From Actinomycetota bacterium (GTDB taxonomy: Bacteria > Actinomycetota > Acidimicrobiia > Acidimicrobiales > CADCSY01), in contig JAHWJI010000001.1 of the NCBI GenBank assembly GCA_019348495.1, positions 9,606 to 73,605 of the forward strand: a stretch of 64,000 nucleotides of DNA, in the 5' to 3' direction. The position numbers were made by a program, and so were the translations under genes. Each line of letters opens with the position of its first letter. The stretch's first letter is position 1. Below, in pieces: positions 17,276 to 26,350 of the stretch. The notes beneath the pieces were generated by a model. That model ran no database searches. It saw nothing but the letters and a program-made list of their open reading frames with translations, and had not been told where the DNA came from.

Positions 17276-17886
17276 GACGCCGAACCTACCTGCCGGTCCG
17301 CCAGGGCCTGGAGGGCCAGGGGGACGTAGGTGGCGAGCGACACGTAGCCGAGGACCAGGCCGGGGACCACGAACGCCCAGGCCGCCACCTCGGCCACCTC
17401 GGCCCAGGACAGCGTCGAGGCCGAGGCCAGGAACAGTGGGAAGGACGTGAGCAGGCAGAACGTCCCGGCCTTGCCGAGGAGGGTGACGTCGATGCGCCGG
17501 GCGCCGAGGGCGGTCAACGCCACGGCGGCCACGGCCACCAGTGACTCCCGCACCAGAGCGAGGACGGCCACGACCAGCGGCACCGACCCGTCGATGAGGA
17601 TGCTGACCACGGCGGTGGCCAACAGCAGCCGGTCGGCGACGGGGTCGAGGATCTTGCCCAGGTCGGTCACCTGGTCCCAGCGGCGGGCGACGAAGCCGTC
17701 GACCCAGTCGGTGGCCCCGAGCACCCCCAGCAGCGCGGCGGCGGCGGCCCGGTTCTCACGGGCGAACAGCAGCCAGACGAACACTGGAATGGCCAGGAGT
17801 CGAACGGTGGTGATGAGGTTGGGCACGGCCAGGATCCGGTCCTGTCCTGTGCGGCGGTGCGTCTCACCGCCCAGGCGCCCTCTCAC
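17272..17886 (-). CDS. pgsA: CDP-alcohol phosphatidyltransferase (PgsA-like)
   Basis: 204 aa, multi-TM, with DWVDGFVARRWDQVTDLGKILDPVADRLL matching the D-G-x2-A-R-x8-G-x3-D-x3-D motif. Confidence 0.85.
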   Translation of the reverse strand: MRGRLGGETHRRTGQDRILAVPNLITTVRLLAIPVFVWLLFARENRAAAAALLGVLGATDWVDGFVARRWDQVTDLGKILDPVADRLLLATAVVSILIDGSVPLVVAVLALVRESLVAVAAVALTALGARRIDVTLLGKAGTFCLLTSFPLFLASASTLSWAEVAEVAAWAFVVPGLVLGYVSLATYVPLALQALADRQVGSAS

Positions 17887-17895
17887 GGCCTCAGG

Positions 17896-18600
17896 CTATC
17901 CCTGGGTGGTCCCCTGCCGGGTGATGGCCTCGACGAGGGCCGGCCCGTCGTTGGTGACCCGGTTGACCAGGGGCTTCACCGCCACGGGCGACAACATGTC
18001 CTCGGGTGCGGGGACCAACAAGCGCAACAGCGCGTCGATGTCGTGGTTGGCCGGATCGAGCCAGAAAGGCCAGGCGTCGGCCGCCAGCACGACCGGCATG
18101 CGGTGGTGGATGGGCGCCAGCGTCCGGTTGGCGACGGTGGTGACGATGGTGGCGGACACGACGCGGTCTTCGTCCCGCCCCTGTGGTCGCCACGTCTCCC
18201 ACAGCCCGGCCAGGGCCAGGGGTTGGCCGTCGCCCCGCCGCACGTACCACGGCTGGCCCGACGAGGCGGCCTCGGCGCGCTGCCACTCGTAGAAGCCGTC
18301 CGCGGGCAAGAGGCAGCGGCGACGGGCGAAGGCCTGGCGGAAGGCCGGCTTGTCGGCCACCGACTCGGCCCGGGCGTTGATCAGGCGCGCACCCACCCGG
18401 ACGTCGTCGGCCCAGGGCGGGACCAGTCCCCAGCGCAGCGCGCCGAGGCGCAACCCGTCCCCCCGTCGGGCCACGGCGTAGATGGCGTCGGTGGGCGCCA
18501 CGTTGTAGCGCGGCCCGAGGTCGTCGGCCACCACCTCCTCCACGCCGAAGTACCCGGCCAGCTCCTCCACCGGCGTGATGGAGGTGTAGCGGCCGCACAC
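17896..18600 (-). CDS. SOS response-associated peptidase (SRAP/YedK family, abasic-site sensor)
   Basis: GTG 18600 inside track ORF 17896..18840 gives (M)CGRYTS...RYNVAPTD...RWGLVPPWA...INARAES...RRCLLPADGFYEW...PIHHRMPVVL. The catalytic Cys2 directly follows the start codon, as the family requires. Confidence 0.85.
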   Translation of the reverse strand: MCGRYTSITPVEELAGYFGVEEVVADDLGPRYNVAPTDAIYAVARRGDGLRLGALRWGLVPPWADDVRVGARLINARAESVADKPAFRQAFARRRCLLPADGFYEWQRAEAASSGQPWYVRRGDGQPLALAGLWETWRPQGRDEDRVVSATIVTTVANRTLAPIHHRMPVVLAADAWPFWLDPANHDIDALLRLLVPAPEDMLSPVAVKPLVNRVTNDGPALVEAITRQGTTQG

Positions 18601-18633
18601 ACCAGCCGACGTTAGGGCTCCCGAGCTGGCGGT

Positions 18634-18930
18634 GTGCGCCGTACGCTCGGGGCGGTGAGCATCGAGAGCGAGGCCGGCGGTCGACCCACCAGCTCGGCGG
18701 CGGAGGTGGCCGACGAGCTCCGTCGCCTGCTCGGCGCGCCCGAACCCGCCGACTGCCCCACCGACACCCCACCGGGTGCGCCGCTGCCGGAGCCGCTCGC
18801 CGGCTCGGTCAACGGCCGGGCGGTGTGGCGTTGCGAGCATTGCTCCTGGGAGGGCGAGGCGTGGGTCCGGCCTCAGTGCCCCCGCTGCTACACCATGTCG
18901 ACCCAGGCCGTGCGCTGGACACCACGATGA
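18634..18930 (+). CDS. hypothetical small protein with a C-terminal zinc ribbon
   Basis: Track ORF of 98 aa with strong GC3 bias. WRCEHCSWEGEAWVRPQCPRCY is CxxC-x12-CxxC. The start is GTG 18634 or in-frame GTG 18655. The stop overlaps the next ATG (ATGA 18927-18930). Confidence 0.5.
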   Translation: MRRTLGAVSIESEAGGRPTSSAAEVADELRRLLGAPEPADCPTDTPPGAPLPEPLAGSVNGRAVWRCEHCSWEGEAWVRPQCPRCYTMSTQAVRWTPR

Positions 18931-19166
18931 CCCCCGAGGACCACCAGCATCGCTACTACCGCTGGGCCGGGTTCCTGCTGCGCCATCCCGAGGGCGATCC
19001 CGGCGCCAGCGAGATCCTCAAGGGCCTCCAGTGGTCACCTGCGCCCAAAGAGGCCGTCGTCGACGTCACCGGCCTGCCCGACGACCACCGTCCTGGTGGC
19101 TGGTGCAGCCGCCTGAGCCCCGGTGAGGCCACCCGCATGGCGGCCAGGTTCGGCGTCACCCTCTGA
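18927..19166 (+). CDS. hypothetical protein (79 aa)
   Basis: Internal ATG of track ORF 18825..19166 (MTPEDHQHRYYRWAGFLLRHPEGD...). Good GC3 bias and coupled to the upstream gene. No family recognised. Confidence 0.5.
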   Translation: MTPEDHQHRYYRWAGFLLRHPEGDPGASEILKGLQWSPAPKEAVVDVTGLPDDHRPGGWCSRLSPGEATRMAARFGVTL

Positions 19167-19189
19167 GGGGCCGCCGAAGGCGAGCCGGA

Positions 19190-19636
19190 TCAGACCTCGC
19201 CGCGCCAGGCCCCGGTCTCGACCTGTCGGTTCTCGATGAACTCCTTGAAACTCTTGAGGTCGCCCTTGATCCGGCGCGAGATGATCCCGAGCTTGTCCCC
19301 CGCCTTCTCGGCCAGGCCCTCGGGCTCGTAGTCCAACTCGAGGGTGACACGGGTGCCGTTGCCCTCGGTGGGGGCGAAGGTCACCACGCCACCCTGATCG
19401 GGGCCGTCGACCGACCGCCAGGCGATGAGACGGTCCGGGACCTGCTCGGTGATCTCGGCGTGGAACTCCCGCTCGACCCCGGCGATCTCGGTCCGCCACA
19501 GCGTACGGGTGGCGGTGATCTGCTTGACCTCCTGCACCCCGCCCATGAACTCGGGGAAGGACTCGAACTGCGTCCACTGGTCGTAGACGCTGCGCACGGG
19601 CACGTCCACCTCGATGCTCTCGCTGATGGTGTCCAT
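19190..19636 (-). CDS. SRPBCC-superfamily protein (polyketide cyclase/dehydrase-like)
   Basis: MDTISESIEVDVPVRSVYDQWTQFESFPEFMGGV... is the typical SRPBCC N-terminus. ATG 19636 is preceded by AGGAGG (19649-19644) with a 7-nt spacing, so I shorten track ORF 19190..19663. Confidence 0.8.
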   Translation of the reverse strand: MDTISESIEVDVPVRSVYDQWTQFESFPEFMGGVQEVKQITATRTLWRTEIAGVEREFHAEITEQVPDRLIAWRSVDGPDQGGVVTFAPTEGNGTRVTLELDYEPEGLAEKAGDKLGIISRRIKGDLKSFKEFIENRQVETGAWRGEV

Positions 19637-19716
19637 GGGGCTACCTCCTGTTGTCGACGTCACCTACGCGTCTACCCGCAGAGGCGAGGCCGAACCCGCT
19701 CACCCGGCGAGAGGGA

Positions 19717-20001
19717 TCAGTCGATCGGCAGGCGGGCGAGGAGCGCGGCCTTCTTCTCCTCGAACTCGTCGTAGCTGATCTGCTTGGTGTCGAACTGGCG
19801 ATGGATCTGCTCGATGAGCTCGAGCAGCTCGGGAGCCGACAGCTCGTGGGTCCCATCGGCGAGGTCGATGACGGGCGCTACGGTCCCCTCCTCGTCGACG
19901 CCGCCGGCGCGGTCCTGGCGCCCCTCACGCTTGGCGGCGGCCTTGGCCTTCTTGGCCCTGTCGCGCTGCAACTTGGCGAAGCTCGTTCGTTGCGCCCCCA
20001 T
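19717..20001 (-). CDS. small basic protein with a SHOCT-like C-terminus
   Basis: 94 aa. The Lys/Arg-rich N-terminus is followed by QISYDEFEEKKAALLARL, which resembles the SHOCT short C-terminal motif. GGGAAGGA lies upstream of the ATG. Confidence 0.55.
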   Translation of the reverse strand: MGAQRTSFAKLQRDRAKKAKAAAKREGRQDRAGGVDEEGTVAPVIDLADGTHELSAPELLELIEQIHRQFDTKQISYDEFEEKKAALLARLPID

Positions 20002-20090
20002 GTCGTGTCCTTCCCTGTTGCCTTTGGCGGTTGCCTGACCCTGCCTCGCTGGCTCCGGACTCGGGCACCGAGGAGCTGCCTACACGCGAG

Positions 20091-20119
20091 AGAGCCGCCG
20101 GGCGAACGCCGGCGGCTCT
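20091..20119 (-). terminator. 11-bp perfect GC-rich hairpin downstream of the cold-shock gene (terminator candidate, no U-tail)
   Basis: AGAGCCGCCGG (20091-20101) and CCGGCGGCTCT (20109-20119) with a 7-nt loop, 17 nt after the csp stop on the minus strand. Confidence 0.55.
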
Positions 20120-20135
20120 TGGAAGTCGCCGGAGC

Positions 20136-20336
20136 TCAGATGGCTCGGACGTTCTGGGCTTCCTCGCCCTTGCGCCCCGGGGCCACGTCGAACTCCACGT
20201 GCTGGCCCTCTTCGAGGGACCGGTAGCCGCTTCCCTGGATGTTGGAGTAGTGGACGAACACGTCCTCGCCCTGTTCACGTGAGATGAAGCCGTAGCCCTT
20301 CTCTGCGTTGAAGAACTTTACGGTTCCGGTTGCCAT
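20136..20336 (-). CDS. cspA: cold-shock protein (CspA family)
   Basis: 66 aa. [33 protein letters not shown] contains the RNP1 (KGYGFI) and RNP2 (VFVHY) motifs. Confidence 0.95.
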   Translation of the reverse strand: MATGTVKFFNAEKGYGFISREQGEDVFVHYSNIQGSGYRSLEEGQHVEFDVAPGRKGEEAQNVRAI

Positions 20337-20430
20337 TGCCTTCTCGTCTCTGCACAGCGAGCAGGTCCCATTGACCCGCTCGTCCCCGCCACTCTACAGG
20401 CCTGGTCCGTGGTCCCGTCGCCGGGCGTGG

Positions 20431-21099
20431 TCACGCTGCACAGGTGGCAGCCCCGCCGCCCAGCGTCGCCACCGTGTCGCTCGACGTCGTGCCCGTGAGG
20501 GTCCCGGTGAGGCGCCCGGGAGCGGGGACCCGTACCTCGAAGCTGGGACCGAAGGGGTCGTCGCCTCTGACCTCGAGCCGATCGCCGTACGCGGCCCGAA
20601 GGGCAACGAGCGTGGTCCCCACGCCCACGCCCTCGGCTGTGGTCAACGCCGGCAGAGCCCCCGACGGCGGCCCCAGGTCCCAGGCTACGAAGCGGGGGGT
20701 GCCCTGGCGCCGACCGACGAGCACGGCCAACTCGGCGAACTCGACCAGGCGCTCGACCTCCCCGCTGGGGCACGACCCGAGCGGACGGTCGTCGCTGGGG
20801 CGGCCCAGCAGGGCGGTGAGCTCGGCCACCACCTGATCGGCCTCCTCCCCGAAGTTCACCACCCCCAGCCCGTCGGGGCCCAGCACCACCTCGGCGGCCT
20901 GCGGCGGGGTGGGCGAGATGGCACCGGGGCCCACCGTGGTGCTGGGATCGGCCGACGTCGACGTAGCGCTTCTCGGGACCGGCGCCGCCGTCACCGACGG
21001 CGCCGGACGGACCAACTCGGCGCCGTTCGGCTCATCACCCCCGCACGCGCCGGCCAGCAGCGCCACGATCGCCAGCGCGACCCGGGCCCGACCAGCCAC
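20431..21099 (-). CDS. predicted lipoprotein, unknown function
   Basis: GTG 21099 inside track ORF 20431..21309. VAGRARVALAIVALLAGACGG is a signal peptide with a lipobox. No family recognised for the remainder. Confidence 0.6.
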   Translation of the reverse strand: MAGRARVALAIVALLAGACGGDEPNGAELVRPAPSVTAAPVPRSATSTSADPSTTVGPGAISPTPPQAAEVVLGPDGLGVVNFGEEADQVVAELTALLGRPSDDRPLGSCPSGEVERLVEFAELAVLVGRRQGTPRFVAWDLGPPSGALPALTTAEGVGVGTTLVALRAAYGDRLEVRGDDPFGPSFEVRVPAPGRLTGTLTGTTSSDTVATLGGGAATCAA

Positions 21100-21103
21100 G
21101 GGC

Positions 21104-21550
21104 TCAGGCGCCAGGCTCCACCACGCCGAGCTCGGGGTCGAGCTGGGAGAGGAACTGACGACCGCGCTCGACCTCGTCGACCTCGCCGATGGCGACCGCC
21201 TGGCGGGTGAGTCCCTGGACAGCCCGCAGGAAGCCCCGGTTGGTGGGGTGGCGCCAGCGCACGAAGCCCGATCCGCGCCAGCCCGACTGGCGGAGGCGGT
21301 CGAGGCCACGGTGGTAGCCCACCCGGAAACAGGCGTAGGCCTCCACGTCGTCGCGAGCCAAGGAGCCGAGCTGCGCCCACCCGTCGAGGAAGCGGGGGAA
21401 GCGGGCCACCACAGCCGACACCGCCTCGCGCCGTCGCTCCTCGGGCGCTCCCAGCGCTGCCTCCAGGGCTGCGACCGCCTCTTCAGGCTCGGGCCCGAGG
21501 ATCGTCTCCGGGGGTCCCGAAGCGCTGAGGTTCACCGGCGAGTCGGCCAC
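21104..21550 (-). CDS. DUF3151-family protein
   Basis: 148 aa. FPRFLDGWAQLG...AYACFRVGYHRGLDRLRQSGWRGSGFVRW...NRGFLRAV matches my memory of the actinobacterial DUF3151 family. Confidence 0.75.
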   Translation of the reverse strand: MADSPVNLSASGPPETILGPEPEEAVAALEAALGAPEERRREAVSAVVARFPRFLDGWAQLGSLARDDVEAYACFRVGYHRGLDRLRQSGWRGSGFVRWRHPTNRGFLRAVQGLTRQAVAIGEVDEVERGRQFLSQLDPELGVVEPGA

Positions 21551-21570
21551 CAGCGCACCCTACCGGTCGC

Positions 21571-22416
21571 TCAGGCTCTCCCCGGCGGGCCCGGCGCCGT
21601 GCCGATGCCGTGGGCTTCGAGGTAGGCGGCGGCGACGGCGTGGGTGCCCTCGGCGATCTCGGAGGTGCGGCTGAAGCCGTCGTAGCGCAGGCGGGGCCAG
21701 GGTGCCGCTGGGAGCACGTGGGCTTCCACCCCGGGGGGCAGCGTGGCCAGCTCGTGGACGAAGCGGAAGTTGCGGGAGATGGCGAAGCACCGCTGAAGGA
21801 CGTCGAGCGGGCGGCGGGGTCGCCGGGGCGTGAGATCGAGGTCCTTGAGCTGGAGGATGAACAGGCGCGTGGCCCCCATCTCCAGGGCCTTGGCCAGAGG
21901 GACCACGTTGACGGTGGCGCCGTCGACGAAGGCCTCGCCGTCGATCTCGACCGGGGGCAGCAGCACCGGTAGGGCCGAGGAGGCCAGGACCGCCTCGGTC
22001 AGCGAGCCGGTGTCGAACCAGCGCTCCCGTCCGGTGTCGAGCGATGTGGCCACGCAGGCGAAGGGCACCGCCAGGTCGGCGAAGGTGCTGTCGGGCAGGA
22101 AGCGCTCGACGACCTCACGCAGGCCCTCGTTGCCGTTGAGGGCCGAACCCCGCCGGAGCAGGCGCACCATGCCGGTCGCGGTCCCGGTGGGCCACACGTC
22201 GGTGCGGGAGAGGCCGAGCCAGAGGGCCTCGAGGCGCTCGAGGGTCTCCAGGGTCGGGGCCGAGGCGATGGCGCCTCCGTTGAGGGCCCCGGCCGAGCAC
22301 CCCACCACCACGTCGGGCGTGACCCCCCGCTCCAGCAGGGCCCGCAGCATGCCCAGGTGGATGGCCCCCATGTTGCCGGCGCCACCGAGCACGAAGGCGG
22401 TGACGGGGCCGCTCAT
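21571..22416 (-). CDS. patatin-like phospholipase
   Basis: ATG 22416 inside track ORF 21571..22602. FVLGGAGNMGAIHLGMLRAL (oxyanion GGxxxG), VVGCSAGALNG (GxSxG) and a DGA/DGG Asp motif (FVDGATVN). ATGA overlap with the MFS stop. Confidence 0.85.
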   Translation of the reverse strand: MSGPVTAFVLGGAGNMGAIHLGMLRALLERGVTPDVVVGCSAGALNGGAIASAPTLETLERLEALWLGLSRTDVWPTGTATGMVRLLRRGSALNGNEGLREVVERFLPDSTFADLAVPFACVATSLDTGRERWFDTGSLTEAVLASSALPVLLPPVEIDGEAFVDGATVNVVPLAKALEMGATRLFILQLKDLDLTPRRPRRPLDVLQRCFAISRNFRFVHELATLPPGVEAHVLPAAPWPRLRYDGFSRTSEIAEGTHAVAAAYLEAHGIGTAPGPPGRA

Positions 22417-23669
22417 GCCGGGGTGGGCACCGGTGCGGTCTCGACGCCGCCGGAGGCGAGGTCGCCCCGGGCGAGGAGGGCCGCGGCGACGATGGTGGCC
22501 AGTCCCCCGAGGGCCAGGCCGGCGCGTGGCCCCAGCTGCCCGCCCACCCAGCCCACCAACGGGCCGCCGATGGGGGTGGTGCCCAGAAAGGCGATCGACC
22601 ACAGGGCCATGACCCGGCCCCGCATCTCCGGAGCGGCGGCGAGCTGCAGGGCGGAGTTGCCCAGGGCCAGGAAGGCGATGCTCGCCGCGCCCACGCCCAC
22701 GAGGGCGACCATGGCCAGCTCCAGGGTGGGGGCGGCGGCAGTCACCAGGATCAGGCCACCGAAGACGTAGGCCGAGCGCGCCAGCGAACGGGGTCCGGTC
22801 CGGTGGCGCCCGGCGAGGACCAGGCCGGCGACCACCGCACCCAGGCCCATGGCTGCGGTCATGGCCCCGTAGGTGCCGGCCCCGCCGTCGAAGGAGAAGC
22901 GGGCCAGCAACGGCAGGATGACCTGGAACTCATAGGCCAGCCCCCCCACCACGGCCATGAGCACCAGCGGCGCACGCAGCGCCGGCTCCCGCCAGGCGTA
23001 GGCCAGGCCCTGGCGCAGCTGGCCCGGCCCGCGTGCCATCCGGTTGCTGGGTTGCAGGTCCTCGGACCGCATGCCGGCGAAGGCGACGATCACCACCAGG
23101 TAGGAGGCGGCGTTGAGCAGGAAGCACACGGCGATGCCGGTGGTGGCGATCAGCACACCCGCCAGGGCCGGACCGAGCATCCGGGCGGCGTTGACGGTCA
23201 CGCTGTTGAGCGTGACGGCGTTGGTGAGCTCGCCGGGGCCCACCATCTCGATCACGAAGCTCTGGCGGGCGGGGACGTCGAGGAGGTGGGCGAAGCCCAG
23301 CCCGGTGGCCAGGACCATCACCATCCACAGGCGCACGGTGCCGGTGGCGGTGAGGACACCGAGCACCAGGGCCAGGACTGCCGATGCCGACTGGGTGGCC
23401 ACCAACAAACGCCGCTTGTCGACCCGGTCCACGACCACGCCGCCCCAGGCACCAAGGAGGAGCAGCGGCAGGAACTGCAGGCCCGTGACCACCCCCACGT
23501 CGGTCCCCGACCCGCCCAGCTCCAGCACGAGCCAGGCCTGGGCCACCCGTTGCATCCAGGTGCCGCTGAGGGACACGGCCTGGCCCACGGCGTAGCGCCG
23601 GTAGTTGGCGACGCGCAGCGCGCTGAAGGTTCGCAACAGGGTGCGACGCACGGGCGCCCCGGTGGTCAC
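22413..23669 (-). CDS. MFS transporter (EntS/MFS_3-like)
   Basis: GTG 23669 inside track ORF 22413..24026. 12 predicted hydrophobic segments, and FRVANYRRYAVGQAVSLSGTWMQRVAQAWLV is typical of this MFS subfamily. Confidence 0.85.
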   Translation of the reverse strand: MTTGAPVRRTLLRTFSALRVANYRRYAVGQAVSLSGTWMQRVAQAWLVLELGGSGTDVGVVTGLQFLPLLLLGAWGGVVVDRVDKRRLLVATQSASAVLALVLGVLTATGTVRLWMVMVLATGLGFAHLLDVPARQSFVIEMVGPGELTNAVTLNSVTVNAARMLGPALAGVLIATTGIAVCFLLNAASYLVVIVAFAGMRSEDLQPSNRMARGPGQLRQGLAYAWREPALRAPLVLMAVVGGLAYEFQVILPLLARFSFDGGAGTYGAMTAAMGLGAVVAGLVLAGRHRTGPRSLARSAYVFGGLILVTAAAPTLELAMVALVGVGAASIAFLALGNSALQLAAAPEMRGRVMALWSIAFLGTTPIGGPLVGWVGGQLGPRAGLALGGLATIVAAALLARGDLASGGVETAPVPTPA

Positions 23670-23673
23670 TGCG

Positions 23674-24468
23674 TTAGTTGAGGCGGGCACGCAGGCGACG
23701 GGCGGTGGCCAGGGTCTCCCCAGGCTCGGCTTCGGCCTCGCTCGAGGCCAGCCGCTCCAACACGTCGGCGGCCTGGTCGAACTGGCACGACGCGGCCAGC
23801 GACCCGGCCAGCCGGCGTTGTAGCACCGCGGGCGAGCCGGGCATGGCTGCCCGCAGGCGGACGACCCAGTCGAGCATGGCCCGGTCGGCCCGGGCGACGG
23901 CGATGGCGTCGAGGTTGGCCAGCATGCGGGCCACGATGGTCGCGGTGCCGACCGGTTCGACGAAGGCGGCCTCGAAGACGACGGCAGGGCCCAAGAGCTT
24001 GCGCACGCGGGCCTCACAGGCCTCACGGTCGAGCGTGGCTCCGCCGTCGAATGGATCGATCAAGCGCAAGGAAACCGTGTCCTCGCCCATGCTGCGCACC
24101 AGGAAGTGGCCGGGCATGGAGACCCCGGCCAGCGCCACCCCGGCGCGCCGGCCCACCTCGATCATCACCACGGCCAAGGTGATGGGGATCCCCGTGCGCC
24201 GCTCCAGCACCTGGTCGAGGTAGGAGTTGGCGGGGTCGTAGTAGTCATCGTGGTTACCGACGAAGCCCTGGTCCACGAAGAGGTGGTGGCAGAGAGCCTC
24301 GACGCTGCGCTCGCCGACTCCGGCGGCCAGCTCGTCGAGGCGGGCCAACTCGGCGGCCACGTCGAGGTCACCACGGGCGTGGGCGGCGATGAGCAGGGCG
24401 AGCTCATCGAGCGGCATCACCGCCTCGGGTTGTTGGGCCAGAGCGACGAAGCGAGCTGTGGGATCCAT
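23674..24468 (-). CDS. transglutaminase-like/TPR protein (SirB1, UPF0162-like)
   Basis: ATG 24468 inside track ORF 23674..24630. YYDPANSYLDQVLERRTGIPITLAVVMIEVGRRAGVALAGVSMPGHFLVR is the family core. ATG/GTG 24540 is a possible alternative start. Confidence 0.75.
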   Translation of the reverse strand: MDPTARFVALAQQPEAVMPLDELALLIAAHARGDLDVAAELARLDELAAGVGERSVEALCHHLFVDQGFVGNHDDYYDPANSYLDQVLERRTGIPITLAVVMIEVGRRAGVALAGVSMPGHFLVRSMGEDTVSLRLIDPFDGGATLDREACEARVRKLLGPAVVFEAAFVEPVGTATIVARMLANLDAIAVARADRAMLDWVVRLRAAMPGSPAVLQRRLAGSLAASCQFDQAADVLERLASSEAEAEPGETLATARRLRARLN

Positions 24469-24538
24469 CGGGATCACCGTACCGACCTCTTGGCGGCCCC
24501 CGGCCGCTCGGGCCTCGAGCGGTAGCGTGACCCACGCC

Positions 24539-25300
24539 ATGCCTGCCTCGCCCTGGCCGTTCCTGGACCACCCCGGTCCTCTCGCCTTCGCCCACCAGGG
24601 CGGGGGCGCCGAGCGACCGGAGAACACCATGGCCGCCTTCGAGCACGCCGTCTCGCTCGGCTACCGGTACCTGGAGACCGATGTCCACACCACCGCCGAC
24701 GGCGTGCTGGTGGCCTTCCACGACGACGACCTCGACCGGATGACCGACCACAGTGGGCGCATCGAGGACCTCCCCTGGTCAGTCGTGCGCCGGGCTCGGG
24801 TCGTCGACGGCCACCCCGTCCCCCGGCTGGACGACCTCCTCGGTGCGTGGCCCGAGGTGCGCATCAACGTGGACCCGAAGCACGATGCCGCCATCGCCCC
24901 CCTCGCCGAGGTGCTGCGACGGACGGGGGCCACCTCCCGTGTGGCGGTGGGATCGTTCTCCGATCGTCGGCTGGTCCGCCTCGCCCGGGCGGTGGGACCG
25001 GGCCTGTGCCGCTCGCTCGGACCCGTTGGGGTGACCCGGCTGTGGGCGGCGGCTCGGGGCGTGCCCAGCGGAAGGATCCCCGCAGCCTGCGCCCAGGTGC
25101 CGGTCGTCAGACGGGGGTTGACGGTCACCGATGCCCGCCTCGTGGAGGAGGCCCACCGACGCGGCCTGCAGGTTCACGTGTGGACCGTGGATGACCCCGG
25201 GGAGATGCAGCGCCTGCTCGACCTGGGGGTCGACGGGCTCATGACCGGCCGGCCGACGGTCCTCAAGGAGGTCCTCGAAGCGCGAGGCGACTGGCACTGA
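24539..25300 (+). CDS. glycerophosphodiester phosphodiesterase family protein
   Basis: ATG 24539 inside track ORF 24389..25300. LAFAHQGGGAERPENTMAAFEHAVSLGYRYLETDVHTTADGVLVAFHDDDLDR and VHVWTVDD are GDPD motifs. Confidence 0.85.
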   Translation: MPASPWPFLDHPGPLAFAHQGGGAERPENTMAAFEHAVSLGYRYLETDVHTTADGVLVAFHDDDLDRMTDHSGRIEDLPWSVVRRARVVDGHPVPRLDDLLGAWPEVRINVDPKHDAAIAPLAEVLRRTGATSRVAVGSFSDRRLVRLARAVGPGLCRSLGPVGVTRLWAAARGVPSGRIPAACAQVPVVRRGLTVTDARLVEEAHRRGLQVHVWTVDDPGEMQRLLDLGVDGLMTGRPTVLKEVLEARGDWH

Positions 25301-25305
25301 CCGAC

Positions 25306-25337
25306 GCCACGGTCCTGTGCCCCCGGACCGAGGTGGC
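25306..25337. terminator. bulged hairpin between convergent GDPD and TPR genes
   Basis: GCCACGGTCC (25306-25315), then a loop, then GGACC-gag-GTGGC (25325-25337). Confidence 0.35.
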
Positions 25338-25352
25338 GGCTCTCCACCCCGG

Positions 25353-26270
25353 TCAGGCGGGGGCGGGCTGGGTGCCCCGGGCGACGCTGCGCCCGACATG
25401 GCCGGCCCCGTCCAGCTGGCGACGCAGCAGGCCCAGCGCGTGGTCACACGCCTCCACCTCCACGCCGTCGCCGAGGTCGACGAACCACCGCCGGGCCCGC
25501 TCCAGGGCGGTGCGGGCGTCCTCGTGCTCGCCGGCGGCGTGGAGTGACGTGGCCAGGGCGTGGGCACACGAAGCCGCCTCCCGGCGACGGCCGGCTTCGT
25601 GGAACGTCGACAGGGCGCGGCGCAGGCCGACCGCGGCTTCGCCCGGGCGGCCGAGGTCGTGGAGCACCAACCCGAGGTTGTGGTCGCAGGCGGCCAGGTC
25701 GAGCTTGCGGGCCGCGGCCTGGAGTCCCGTCCGGGCGGCCTGGAGGGCTTCGAGGGAGTGCTCGAGGCGACTGAGGCCGTAGAGGACCACCCCGGCGTTG
25801 TGGGTGATCACCGCCACCTCGACCTCCTTTCCAGCCTCCCGAAAGCCCCCGACGGCCCGGCGGAGGTGGTCGAGGGCCTCCTCGGGGCGGCCCAGGCTGC
25901 GTAGGACCCGGGCCAGGTCGGCCTCACAGGCTGCCAGGGCGGCGATCGGGCCGGCGTCGGCGCGGGTCCGACATGCTGCCTGGAGGCGGTCGATGGCATC
26001 CTCGGGCCGGCCCAGGTCGTGCAGCGTCAATCCGAGGAGTCGGTCGCACGAGGCCACCTTGCGCACCAGGCGCCCGCTCCCCAGGACGGTGCGGGCCTCC
26101 TGCAGGGCCTCGAGGGCCTCGCCGTGGCGTCCCGCTGAGCGCAAGGCCGCTCCCAGGGCGAGCAGCGCCGGTCCTCGATCCGCCCCCTGGCGCCCGGCGG
26201 CGGCCTGGAGCGCCCCCAGCCGAGGCCGCCCACCACCTGCCCGCTTCATCCCCCGATGTTGGCCCATCAC
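25353..26270 (-). CDS. tetratricopeptide-repeat protein
   Basis: 305 aa with about six repeats of about 40 aa of the type xxACDxxLGLVLHDLGRPxEAxxxLxxA. The start is uncertain because there are several in-frame Met near the N-terminus. Confidence 0.7.
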   Translation of the reverse strand: MMGQHRGMKRAGGGRPRLGALQAAAGRQGADRGPALLALGAALRSAGRHGEALEALQEARTVLGSGRLVRKVASCDRLLGLTLHDLGRPEDAIDRLQAACRTRADAGPIAALAACEADLARVLRSLGRPEEALDHLRRAVGGFREAGKEVEVAVITHNAGVVLYGLSRLEHSLEALQAARTGLQAAARKLDLAACDHNLGLVLHDLGRPGEAAVGLRRALSTFHEAGRRREAASCAHALATSLHAAGEHEDARTALERARRWFVDLGDGVEVEACDHALGLLRRQLDGAGHVGRSVARGTQPAPA

Positions 26271-26350
26271 CCAGCCGGCGTGCCAGATTGTGGGCGAAGC
26301 CCTCGAGGGCCGCTACCGTTCCTCGACCGAACCGCCGGCAGGGGACATCG

